Shown: in pieces, positions 11,591 through 20,025 of the stretch
Layout of the letters: each line of letters opens with the position of its first letter
Position numbering within the stretch: the stretch's first letter is position 1
Assembly (NCBI GenBank): GCA_041496745.1
Contig: JBGQFF010000001.1
Coordinates: 16,675 to 80,674, forward strand
DNA from: Gammaproteobacteria bacterium
GTDB taxonomy: Bacteria > Pseudomonadota > Gammaproteobacteria > Burkholderiales > SG8-39
Reading direction: 5' to 3'
DNA: 64,000 nucleotides
Made by a program: the position numbers and the translations under genes
The notes under the pieces: generated by a model
The model's database searches: none
Told to the model about the DNA's origin: nothing
What the model saw: only the letters and a program-made list of their open reading frames with translations

Positions 11591-13726
11591 GTGAGCCGCT
11601 CACGCCTCCTCGTCCTTGCCGTCATCGCCGTGCTGGTGGCGGTGTTCTTCGCCCTCGGCGGCCACCGCTACCTGACGCTCGAGCAGCTGCGCGCGCATCA
11701 GGCGGGCGTGCAGCAGTACTACGCGTCGCATCCGTGGCAGGCGGCGCTCGGCTATTTCCTCGTCTACGTCACCGTCACCGGGCTGTCGCTGCCCGGGGCG
11801 ACCGTGCTGACGCTCTTCGGCGGCGCCGTATTCGGCCTGCTGTGGGCCACGGTGATCGTTTCCTTCGCTTCGTCCATCGGCGCGACGCTGGCGTTCCTGG
11901 TGTCGCGGTTCCTCCTGCGCGACTGGGTGCAGGGGCGCTTCGGCGACAAGCTGAAGCCGCTCAACGACGGCGTGGCGAAGGAGGGGGCGTTCTACCTGTT
12001 CGCGCTGCGCCTGGTGCCGGCGTTCCCGTTTTTCGTGATCAACCTGGTGATGGGCCTGACGCCGATCCGCACATGGACTTTCTATTGGGTGAGCCAGACA
12101 GGCATGCTCGCCGGGACCCTCGTGTATGTGTACGCCGGAACGCAGCTCAGCGAGTTCAGGCTTTCCGCCGGGCTGGTGATCGCCTTCACTTTGCTCGGGC
12201 TGTTTCCCCTGGTCGCAAAGAGGGTGTTGGCGGCGCTCAAGGCCCGTCGCGTCTACGCCAAGTGGCCGAGGCCGGCGAAGTTCGACCGCAACCTGGTGGT
12301 GATCGGCGCGGGCTCGGCGGGCCTGGTTTCGGCTTACATCGCCGCGGCGGTGAAGGCCAAGGTGACGCTCGTCGAGAAGCACCGCATGGGCGGCGATTGC
12401 CTGAACACCGGCTGCGTGCCCTCGAAGGCGCTGATCAAGACGGCGCGGGTGCTCTCGACCATCCGGCGGGCGAAGGAGTACGGGCTCAAGTCTGCAAGTG
12501 CGGAATTCGACTTTGGCGAGGTGATGGAGCGGGTGCAGCGGGTCATTGCGCAGATCGAGCCCCATGACTCCGTCGATCGCTACAGTGCAATGGGCGTCGA
12601 ATGCGTCCACGGCGAAGCAAAAATCGCTTCGCCGTGGATCGTGGAAATTCAAAAGCAGGACGGGTCGAAAACAGCGCTGACCACTCGGTCAATAATCATC
12701 GCTGCCGGCGCGCGCCCCTTCGTGCCACCGATCCCCGGCATCGAGCTGGCCGGCTACTACACCTCCGACACGCTGTGGGAGATGCGCGAGCTGCCGCGGC
12801 GCCTGGTGGTGCTGGGCGGCGGGCCGATCGGCTGCGAGCTGGCGCAGGCATTCGCGCGCTTCGGCGCGCAGGTGACGCAAGTCGAGATGCTGCCGCGGCT
12901 GCTCATGCGCGAGGACCCGGAGATCGCGGCGATGGTGGAGAGGCGCTTCCGCGAGGAGGGCGTGGACGTGCGCACCGGGCACCGGGCGAAGGAGTTCCGC
13001 GTCGAGGACGGGCACAAGGTGCTGCTCTGCGAGCACCAGGGGCGCGACCTGGCGATCGAGTTCGATGCGCTGCTGGTGGCGGTGGGGCGGATCGCGAACA
13101 CCGCGGGCTACGGGCTGGAGGAGCTGGGCATCCCGGTGACCAAGGCGCGTACCGTGGAAACCAACGAGTTCCTGCAGACCCTCTACCCGAACATCTATGC
13201 CTGCGGCGATGTCGCCGGGCCGTTCCAGTTCACCCACACCGCCGCGCACCAGGCCTGGTATGCCGCGGTGAACGGGCTGTTCGGCGACCTGAAGAGATTC
13301 CGCGCCGATTACTCGGTGATCCCCTGGGCGACGTTCACCGACCCCGAGGTGGCGCGCGTGGGCCTGAACGAAACCGACGCGAAGGACCAGGGCGTCGCCT
13401 ACGAAGTCTCGACCTATGGCATAGACGATCTGGATCGCGCCATCGCCGACGAGGAGGCGCACGGCGTGGTCAAGGTGCTGACCGTGCCGGGCAAGGACCG
13501 CATCCTCGGCGTGACCATCGCCGGGGAGCACGCGGGCGACCTGATCGCCGAGTTCGTCGCCGCCATGCGCCACGGCATCGGGCTGAACAAGATCCTCGGC
13601 ACGATCCACATCTATCCCACGCTGGCCGAGGCGAACAAGTACGCCGCCGGGGTGTGGAAGAAGGCGCACGCGCCGCAGCGCGTGCTGCACTACGTCGAGA
13701 GGTTCCACGCATGGATGCGGGGATGA
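11591..13726 (+). CDS. Fusion protein: N-terminal DedA/TVP38-TMEM64 membrane domain plus C-terminal FAD/NAD(P) pyridine-nucleotide-disulfide oxidoreductase
   Basis: Residues ~1-215 are polytopic (GATVLTLFGGAVFG, LVPAFPFFVINLVMGLT). The rest has GAGSAGLVSAY, the redox-active pair GGDCLNTGCVPSK, GGGPIGCE and the C-terminal dimerisation domain of the mercuric reductase / dihydrolipoamide dehydrogenase family. Confidence 0.9.
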   Translation: MSRSRLLVLAVIAVLVAVFFALGGHRYLTLEQLRAHQAGVQQYYASHPWQAALGYFLVYVTVTGLSLPGATVLTLFGGAVFGLLWATVIVSFASSIGATLAFLVSRFLLRDWVQGRFGDKLKPLNDGVAKEGAFYLFALRLVPAFPFFVINLVMGLTPIRTWTFYWVSQTGMLAGTLVYVYAGTQLSEFRLSAGLVIAFTLLGLFPLVAKRVLAALKARRVYAKWPRPAKFDRNLVVIGAGSAGLVSAYIAAAVKAKVTLVEKHRMGGDCLNTGCVPSKALIKTARVLSTIRRAKEYGLKSASAEFDFGEVMERVQRVIAQIEPHDSVDRYSAMGVECVHGEAKIASPWIVEIQKQDGSKTALTTRSIIIAAGARPFVPPIPGIELAGYYTSDTLWEMRELPRRLVVLGGGPIGCELAQAFARFGAQVTQVEMLPRLLMREDPEIAAMVERRFREEGVDVRTGHRAKEFRVEDGHKVLLCEHQGRDLAIEFDALLVAVGRIANTAGYGLEELGIPVTKARTVETNEFLQTLYPNIYACGDVAGPFQFTHTAAHQAWYAAVNGLFGDLKRFRADYSVIPWATFTDPEVARVGLNETDAKDQGVAYEVSTYGIDDLDRAIADEEAHGVVKVLTVPGKDRILGVTIAGEHAGDLIAEFVAAMRHGIGLNKILGTIHIYPTLAEANKYAAGVWKKAHAPQRVLHYVERFHAWMRG

Positions 13727-14391
13727 GCCGGCGGCTGTCGGTGATCGTCCCGGCGCTGAACGAGGCGCGGGGCATCGAAGACTGCCTGCGCTCGCTCGCG
13801 CCGCTGCGCGCGCGCGGCCACGAGGTGATCGTGGCGGACGGCGGCAGCGGGGACGGCACGCGCGAGCTGGCGGCGGCCCTCGCCGACCGGGTGATCTCGG
13901 CGCCGCGCGGCCGTGCCCTGCAGATGAATGCCGGTGCCGCGGCTGCGTCGGGGGACGCGTTGCTGTTCCTGCATGCCGACACGATCCTGCCGGCGGACGC
14001 CGACCGCGCGGTCCTTGCGGCGCTCGCCTCGCGCGCCTGGGGCCGGTTCGACGTGTCGATCGATTCGCGCGATGCGCGGCTGGCGGTGGTCGGGTTCTGC
14101 ATGAACTGGCGCTCGCGCCTGAGCGGCATCGCCACCGGCGACCAGGCGATCTTCGTGCGCCGCGCCGCGTTTCCGGGCTTCGCGCGGATCGCGCTGATGG
14201 AGGACGTGGAATTCAGCAAGCGCATGAAACCGGTTTCGGCCCCCGCGTGCCTGCGCGCGCGGGTGGTGACCTCGGCGCGGCGCTGGGAGCGCCGCGGCGT
14301 GCTGCGCACCGTGCTCCGCATGTGGCGGCTGCGGCTGCAGTTCTGGCTGGGCGCCGATCCCGATGAGCTGGCGCGCCGATACCCGCACTAG
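13723..14391 (+). CDS. Family-2 glycosyltransferase (resembles TIGR04283, 'transferase 2, rSAM/selenodomain-associated')
   Basis: An ATGA overlap links it to the upstream stop. It reads LSVIVPALNEARGIEDCLRSL...VIVADGGSGDGT...LLFLHADT. It is the C-terminal part of the artefactual ORF 12601-14391. Confidence 0.85.
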   Translation: MSRRLSVIVPALNEARGIEDCLRSLAPLRARGHEVIVADGGSGDGTRELAAALADRVISAPRGRALQMNAGAAAASGDALLFLHADTILPADADRAVLAALASRAWGRFDVSIDSRDARLAVVGFCMNWRSRLSGIATGDQAIFVRRAAFPGFARIALMEDVEFSKRMKPVSAPACLRARVVTSARRWERRGVLRTVLRMWRLRLQFWLGADPDELARRYPH

Positions 14392-14941
14392 GGTCATCGT
14401 CTTCGCGCGCGCGCCGCGCGCGGGGCGCGTGAAGACGCGGCTCATTCCCCTGCTGGGCGAGCAGGGCGCGGCGCGCCTGCACGCGCGGCTGCTGCGCCGC
14501 GCGCTGCGCGCCGCGCGCGAAGCGCGTCTGGGCGCGGTGGAACTGTGGACCGCGGAGCGCGAGCAGCGCGGCGCCGATCTCGGCGCGCGCATGCATCACG
14601 CTTTCGCGCGCAGCCTGCGCCGCGCGCCGCGCGTCGTGCTGATCGGCTCCGATTGCCCGGTGCTGCGCGGCGCCGATCTGCGTCAGGCCGCGCGCTGGCT
14701 CGCGGGCGGCGCCGACGCGGTGTTCGCGCCAGCGGAGGATGGAGGCTATGCGCTCATCGCGCTGCGGCGTGTGTCGCCCCGGCTGTTCGAAGGGGTGGAG
14801 TGGGGCGGCGCGCGGGTGATGGCGCAGACGCGCGCGCGCCTTGCGTTGCTCGGCTGGCGCTGGCGTGAGCTGCCCGAGGTGTGGGACGTGGACCGGCCGG
14901 AGGACTACCGGCGGCTAGAGCGCTCCGGACTTCTTCAGTAG
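14363..14941 (+). CDS. DUF2064 family transferase (resembles TIGR04282, 'transferase 1, rSAM/selenodomain-associated')
   Basis: It reads VIVFARAPRAGRVKTRL...VLIGSDCPVL...FAPAEDGGYALIAL. It overlaps the preceding gene by 29 nt. Confidence 0.85.
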   Translation: MSWRADTRTRVIVFARAPRAGRVKTRLIPLLGEQGAARLHARLLRRALRAAREARLGAVELWTAEREQRGADLGARMHHAFARSLRRAPRVVLIGSDCPVLRGADLRQAARWLAGGADAVFAPAEDGGYALIALRRVSPRLFEGVEWGGARVMAQTRARLALLGWRWRELPEVWDVDRPEDYRRLERSGLLQ

Positions 14942-15541
14942 CTCCGCCACCCGTTCCGCGATCAGGCGGTAGCCGCGCGCGTTCGGATGGATGGGGTCCG
15001 ACTTGAGCTCGGAGTTGCGCAGGATCTCGCCGATCACCTTGCCTTCGTAGGGGACGCCGAACTCCTTGGCGATCTCCGCGTATAACTTCGGCGGCGTCAC
15101 GAGGAGCCCCTTCGCCGGCGCGCCGATCAGCAGCACGTCGCTGCCCTTGCCTTTCGCCATGGCGATCATGCGGCGCAGGTTGGCGGCCGCCTCGGCCTGG
15201 CTCAGGTTGCGCAGGAAGTCGTTGCCGCCGATGCACAGCACGAGCAACTGCGGCTGGTGCTCCTCGAGCGCCGTGGGCAGGCGCGCAAGCGCCTGCGCGC
15301 TCACTTCCCCGGGTACGCCCGCGCGCACCACCCTGCGCCCGATCATGCGCTCGAGCTGGGCCGGGTAGCTGTCCGCTTCCGCCGCGCCGGTGCCGTAAGT
15401 GAGGCTGTCGCCGAAAGCGAGCACCACCGCGTTGGGCGCGAGACGCGCGAGCTTCGGCGCGTCGCCGCAGCCCGCGAGGGCGAGCGCCGCGACGCATAAC
15501 AGCGCAAGCCGCCAGGCTGACAAGGGCGCAAGAGTGCGCAT
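14915..15541 (-). CDS. SGNH/GDSL-type esterase lipoprotein (TesA/arylesterase-like)
   Basis: Lipobox LALAGC, block I FGDSLTYG, block III GGNDF, and the C-terminal DPIHPN catalytic motif are all present. Confidence 0.85.
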   Translation of the reverse strand: MRTLAPLSAWRLALLCVAALALAGCGDAPKLARLAPNAVVLAFGDSLTYGTGAAEADSYPAQLERMIGRRVVRAGVPGEVSAQALARLPTALEEHQPQLLVLCIGGNDFLRNLSQAEAAANLRRMIAMAKGKGSDVLLIGAPAKGLLVTPPKLYAEIAKEFGVPYEGKVIGEILRNSELKSDPIHPNARGYRLIAERVAELLKKSGAL

Positions 15542-15627
15542 CGGCGTGCATGCTACACTTGCCTCGAGACAAGGCCAGCGGCGCGGGGGGGCATCGCGAG
15601 CGTCGCGACAAGAGCTGGAGGAGACCG

Positions 15628-16296
15628 ATGATCATCAGAAATCCGAAGGACTTCTGGGCCGGGCTCATGTTCGTCACTATCGGGCTGGCGTTCGTCGTCA
15701 TCGCCGCCGGATCCCCCGAGTTCCTCGACAGGCTTTTCGGCGCGAAAGTGGTACCCGGCTACCAGATGGGCGGCGCGGTGCGCATGGGACCCGCCTACTT
15801 CCCGGTGGTGCTCGGCGGCTTGCTGGCGGTGCTCGGCGCGATCGTCCTGCTCCGCTCCTTCGCCTCGCACCTGACGGGCAATGCGGTGCGCGTGGAACTG
15901 CCGTTCAACATCGTCGACCTGGCGATCGGGATCGGCGTATTCGCAGTGCTGCTGGCGTACAGCGGCCATCTGATGCTTTCCGCGGACAACGCGATGCTGG
16001 TGGCGGCGCTCGTGGTGTCGGCGCTGTCGATCAAGTTCCGTCCGCATGCCAAGCCGCTGGTGCTGCTTCTCGCGGGCTGCCTCGCCTTCGCCTACACGCT
16101 CAAGCCCCTCGGCCTGATCGGTGCGACGCTGCTGCTGGTGTTCATCAGCGCCTTCGGCGGCCACGAGTTCAAGTGGAAGGAAGTGACGGTCCTGTACGTC
16201 GTGCTGATCATTTTCTCGGTGCTGGTGTTCGTGAAAGGGCTGACGCTGCCCTTCGCGATCTGCCCCGCGTTGATCGAAGACTACTGCCGCTTCTAA
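15628..16296 (+). CDS. tctB: Tripartite tricarboxylate transporter small membrane subunit TctB
   Basis: An SD GGAGGAG precedes ATG 15628. The protein (MIIRNPKDFWAGLMFVTIGLAFVV) is hydrophobic and lies immediately upstream of tctA. The track ORF starts earlier, at 15550. Confidence 0.8.
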   Translation: MIIRNPKDFWAGLMFVTIGLAFVVIAAGSPEFLDRLFGAKVVPGYQMGGAVRMGPAYFPVVLGGLLAVLGAIVLLRSFASHLTGNAVRVELPFNIVDLAIGIGVFAVLLAYSGHLMLSADNAMLVAALVVSALSIKFRPHAKPLVLLLAGCLAFAYTLKPLGLIGATLLLVFISAFGGHEFKWKEVTVLYVVLIIFSVLVFVKGLTLPFAICPALIEDYCRF

Positions 16297-16306
16297 GGGG
16301 AGCGCG

Positions 16307-17812
16307 ATGGAAATCTTCAGCAACCTCGCTCTCGGCTTCGGCGTCGCGCTGTCGCCGCTCAACCTGCTGATGTGCCTGATAGGGGTCCTCCTCGGCACGC
16401 TGATCGGCGTGCTGCCGGGCATTGGCCCGGTGGCCACCATCGCGATGCTGCTGCCGGTCACCTTCAACCTGTCGCCGATCGGGGCGCTGATCATGCTGGC
16501 CGGCATCTACTACGGCGCCCAGTACGGCGGCTCGACCACGGCGATCCTGGTCAACATCCCCGGGGAATCCTCCTCGGTGGTCACCTGCCTGGACGGCTAC
16601 CAGATGGCGCGCCAGGGCCGCGCCGGGCCGGCGCTCGCCACCGCGGCGATCGGTTCGTTCTTCGCCGGCTGCGTGTCGACGCTGATCGTGGCGATGTTCG
16701 CGCCGCCGCTGGCCGAGGTGGCGCTGAAATTCGGCCCGTCGGAGTACTTCTCGCTGATGGTGCTTGGCCTGGTGGCGGCGGTGGTGCTGGCGCACGGCTC
16801 GCTGATGAAGGCGATCGCCATGGTGCTCTTCGGGCTGCTGCTCGGGCTGGTGGGCACCGACGTCAATTCTGGCGTGCTGCGCTTCTCCTTCGGCATCTCG
16901 GAGCTTGCCGACGGCATCGGCTTCGTCACCGTGGCGATGGGCATGTTCGGCCTGGCGGAGATCATCGCCAATCTCGAGCACAAGGGAGACCGCGAAGTGT
17001 TTACCAGCAAGGTGACGAACCTGTGGCCGACCAAGGAAGACTGGAAGCGCATCTGGGCGCCGATCCTGCGCGGCACCTTCCTCGGCTCGGCGCTTGGCAT
17101 CCTGCCCGGCGGCGGCGCGCTGTTGGCCTCGTTCGCCGCCTACACGCTGGATAAGAAGGTGTCGAAGTACTCGCACGAGTTCGGCAAGGGCGCGATCGAA
17201 GGCGTGGCGGCGCCGGAAGCGGCCAACAACGCCGGCGCGCAGACCTCCTTCATCCCGCTGCTCACGCTCGGCATTCCCTCGAACGCGGTAATGGCGCTGA
17301 TGATCGGCGCGATGATGATCCAGGGCATCGCGCCGGGGCCGCAGGTGATGACGGAGAGGCCGCAACTGTTCTGGGGAATGATCGCCTCGATGTGGATCGG
17401 CAACCTGATGCTGGTGGTGCTCAACCTGCCGCTGATCGGCATCTGGATCAAGCTGCTCACCGTGCCCTATCGCATCCTGTATCCCTCGATCCTGGTGTTC
17501 ATGGCGATCGGCGTGTTCAGCCTGTCGAACAGCCCCTTCGACGTGTTCTTGATGGCGATGTTCGGCCTGCTGGGCTACGTTTGCGTCAAGCTCGAATGCG
17601 AGCCCGCGCCGATGATCCTCGGCTTCATCCTCGGGCCGCTGATGGAGGAAAACCTGCGCCGGGCGATGCTGTTGTCGCGCGGCGATCCGCTGGTGTTCTT
17701 CCAGAAGCCGATCAGCGCCAGTTTCCTCGTCGTGTCGATCATCCTGCTGGTGATCATCGCGCTGCCCAACATCCGCAAGAAGCGCGAGGAAGTGTTCGTC
17801 GCGGAAGTGTAG
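16307..17812 (+). CDS. tctA: Tripartite tricarboxylate transporter permease TctA
   Basis: The 501-aa polytopic protein contains GVLPGIGPVATIAMLLP and GGSTTAILVNIPGE, both typical of TctA. Confidence 0.93.
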   Translation: MEIFSNLALGFGVALSPLNLLMCLIGVLLGTLIGVLPGIGPVATIAMLLPVTFNLSPIGALIMLAGIYYGAQYGGSTTAILVNIPGESSSVVTCLDGYQMARQGRAGPALATAAIGSFFAGCVSTLIVAMFAPPLAEVALKFGPSEYFSLMVLGLVAAVVLAHGSLMKAIAMVLFGLLLGLVGTDVNSGVLRFSFGISELADGIGFVTVAMGMFGLAEIIANLEHKGDREVFTSKVTNLWPTKEDWKRIWAPILRGTFLGSALGILPGGGALLASFAAYTLDKKVSKYSHEFGKGAIEGVAAPEAANNAGAQTSFIPLLTLGIPSNAVMALMIGAMMIQGIAPGPQVMTERPQLFWGMIASMWIGNLMLVVLNLPLIGIWIKLLTVPYRILYPSILVFMAIGVFSLSNSPFDVFLMAMFGLLGYVCVKLECEPAPMILGFILGPLMEENLRRAMLLSRGDPLVFFQKPISASFLVVSIILLVIIALPNIRKKREEVFVAEV

Positions 17813-17828
17813 AAATTCGCCGGCGTAC

Positions 17829-17847
17829 GGTGGGCCGCAGGCCCACC
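17829..17847. terminator. GC hairpin between convergent tctA and ridA (possible bidirectional terminator)
   Basis: GGTGGGCC-GCA-GGCCCACC forms a perfect 8-bp stem, but no clear U-tract follows on either strand. Confidence 0.3.
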
Positions 17848-18234
17848 CTACAGCGCCGCGATCGTCTGCACTTCGATGAGGTACTGCTCGGCGACCAGCC
17901 GGTCGATGATCAGCAGCGTGTTCGGCGGGTACTTGCCGTCCGGAAACATCTTCGGGAACTCGCGCAGCCGCCAGGCCATGAACTTCGGAATGTCCTGCGA
18001 GTGCACGAGATACGTGGTGAACTGCGCGACGTTGCCCCAGCCCGCGCCGGCGGACTTCAGCGCGGCCTCGATCTGCTTGAAGGCGCCGCCGCACTGCGCG
18101 TCGAAATCGACTCCCGGCGCGACCATGCCCGCGAGGTAGAGCGTCTCGGAAGCGTTCCTGACGCGCGTCATGTGCGAGTACTGGCCGAGCGGCTTGCCCA
18201 GCGCCTCGACGTTGCCGACCTTGATGTCCGCCAT
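17848..18234 (-). CDS. RidA/YjgF family reactive-intermediate deaminase-like protein
   Basis: The 128-aa ORF contains LYLAGMVA...AFKQIEAALKSAGAGWGNV, the YjgF/RidA fold pattern. Confidence 0.85.
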   Translation of the reverse strand: MADIKVGNVEALGKPLGQYSHMTRVRNASETLYLAGMVAPGVDFDAQCGGAFKQIEAALKSAGAGWGNVAQFTTYLVHSQDIPKFMAWRLREFPKMFPDGKYPPNTLLIIDRLVAEQYLIEVQTIAAL

Positions 18235-18242
18235 CGTTCCTC

Positions 18243-18659
18243 CTATTTGGTCTTCGGCTTGCCGCGCGCGGCGAGCAGCGCCTTCACCGCATAGACCAGC
18301 GCGCGCCGCTCGACTGGCTTGACCAGGAAGCCGTCGGCGCCGGCCGCGATGCAGCGGTCGTTGGTTTCCAGGTCCGCCAGCACCGAGATGATCATGATCG
18401 GCGTCGTCAGGTTGACCGAACCCGCGCGGATCTCCCGCAGCACCTCGAAGCCGCCGATCCCCGGCATCTGCAGGTCGAGCAGGATCGCGTCGTAGGCGTA
18501 GTTGCGGGCGAGGCGCAGCGCCTGTTCGCAGGTGCCCGCGAGCTGCGCCTCGACCTTCATGCCCTTGGTGAGGAAACGCGCGATCAGCAGGCGCATGGAT
18601 TCCTCGTCGTCGACGATCAGCAGGCGGTGGCGCGGGGGGGTGGTCTTTTTTGCGGGCAT
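18243..18659 (-). CDS. Single-domain response regulator (CheY-like receiver)
   Basis: It reads LLIVDDEESMRLLI...DAILLDLQMPGIGGFE...KPV. No output domain is present. Confidence 0.9.
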   Translation of the reverse strand: MPAKKTTPPRHRLLIVDDEESMRLLIARFLTKGMKVEAQLAGTCEQALRLARNYAYDAILLDLQMPGIGGFEVLREIRAGSVNLTTPIMIISVLADLETNDRCIAAGADGFLVKPVERRALVYAVKALLAARGKPKTK

Positions 18660-18730
18660 GAGCGGATTCTAAACGCGCGCGCCGGCAAGCAGGCTCGCCA
18701 GGGGATCGGACGGCTGGGTCACGGTGTTTC

Positions 18731-19285
18731 TTACGCTTTCTTGCGTTCGTGCTGCCACAGCACGTCGCCGCGCTTCGCGGCGCGATTGAGCGTGCGGCCG
18801 AGGACGAACAGCAGGTCGGAGAGGCGATTGAGGTACTGGCGGGCGCGCTCGCCGACGGCTTCCCTGCGGCCGAGCGCCACCAGGCTCCTTTCGGCGCGGC
18901 GGCAAATGGCGCGCGCGAGGTGCGCAGCGGCCGCGGCGCGCGAGCCGCCCGGGAGGATGAACTCCTTGAGCGGCTTCAGCTTCGCGTTGTGCGCCTGCGT
19001 CAGCTGCTCCAGGCGCGTGACCTGCGGTTCCGTGATCATGGCGTGGCCCGGGATGCAGATCTCGCCGCCGAGGTCGAACAGATCGTGCTGCACCCGCAGC
19101 AGCGCGCCTTGCACGTCCTTGGGCAGCTTCTCGGCCAGCAGCAGGCCGAGGCAGGAATTGAGCTCGTCCACGTCGCCCAGCACCTGGATGCGCAGGCTGT
19201 CCTTGCCCACGCGCGCCCCGTCGCCCAGGCCGGTTTCGCCCGCGTCGCCGGTGCGCGTCGTAATCTTGGATAGCCGGTTGCCCAT
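18731..19285 (-). CDS. PduO-type ATP:cob(I)alamin adenosyltransferase
   Basis: It reads MGNRLSKITTRTGDAGETGL...LPGGSRAAAAAHLARAICRRAER. The track ORF extends 9 codons upstream, to 19312. Confidence 0.9.
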   Translation of the reverse strand: MGNRLSKITTRTGDAGETGLGDGARVGKDSLRIQVLGDVDELNSCLGLLLAEKLPKDVQGALLRVQHDLFDLGGEICIPGHAMITEPQVTRLEQLTQAHNAKLKPLKEFILPGGSRAAAAAHLARAICRRAERSLVALGRREAVGERARQYLNRLSDLLFVLGRTLNRAAKRGDVLWQHERKKA

Positions 19286-19332
19286 GAGAAGCGCAGAATT
19301 ATAGAGTCCCAACGCGATTCCAAGGAGGAACC

Positions 19333-19743
19333 ATGGCCAGTGTCCGCAAAGCTTCGTACTACTCGATGAAAGTGCCCCAGCGCCCGGGCTCGGGCGCGCA
19401 GCTGCTCGCCGCGCTGAAGACGGCGAAGGTCAACCTGCTGGCGTTCACCGGCTTTCCGGAGGGCGGCGGCGCGCAGGTGGACTTCGTGCCGCAGGACAAC
19501 GCGAAATTCCTCAAGCTGGCGCGCAAGGCGAAGCTGAGGATTTCCTCGCGCAAGACCGTGTTCCTCGCGCGGGGGGAAGACCGGGCCGGCGCGCTGACGC
19601 AGATCTTCGGCAAGCTCGCCAAGGCCAGGATCAATGTGGTCGCGCTGAACGCGGTGACCGCCGGCAAGCGGCGCTACGGCGCCATGTTCTGGGTGAAGGC
19701 GAAGGACGTGGCGAAGGCGGCGCGGGTGCTGCGCGCGCGCTAG
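19333..19743 (+). CDS. Hypothetical protein (two ACT-like half repeats)
   Basis: The 136-aa ORF has normal codon usage. An internal repeat is visible: GSGAQLLAALKTAKVNLLAF versus RAGALTQIFGKLAKARINVVAL. Confidence 0.55.
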   Translation: MASVRKASYYSMKVPQRPGSGAQLLAALKTAKVNLLAFTGFPEGGGAQVDFVPQDNAKFLKLARKAKLRISSRKTVFLARGEDRAGALTQIFGKLAKARINVVALNAVTAGKRRYGAMFWVKAKDVAKAARVLRAR

Positions 19744-19798
19744 TTGCTGAGGACCGCTGGCTTGGCGCGCAGGGTGGTGCCGAGGGACAGGCCGGCAC

Positions 19799-19987
19799 TC
19801 ACTTGCGCATTTCCCGCCACAGCATCACGGCCAGCCCCGCGGCAATCACGAAGGCGAATCCGCTCGCCCAGACTGGAACTGTCACGCCATTGAACATGAC
19901 CTCCCAGCCGAGGATGAAGCGCAGCAGCTGAACCAGGGCGATCACGGCGAGAAAGACCACGGTGATGCTGGTGAATGGCTTCGTCAC
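19799..19987 (-). CDS. Small two-span membrane protein, unknown function
   Basis: The 62-aa sequence MTKPFTSITVVFLAVIALVQLL...VWASGFAFVIAAGLAVMLW has two hydrophobic helices. Confidence 0.5.
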   Translation of the reverse strand: MTKPFTSITVVFLAVIALVQLLRFILGWEVMFNGVTVPVWASGFAFVIAAGLAVMLWREMRK

Positions 19988-20025
19988 TTTTTTGCCTCCG
20001 GTCTCTCAGTGCGGAAGCCGCGCCA

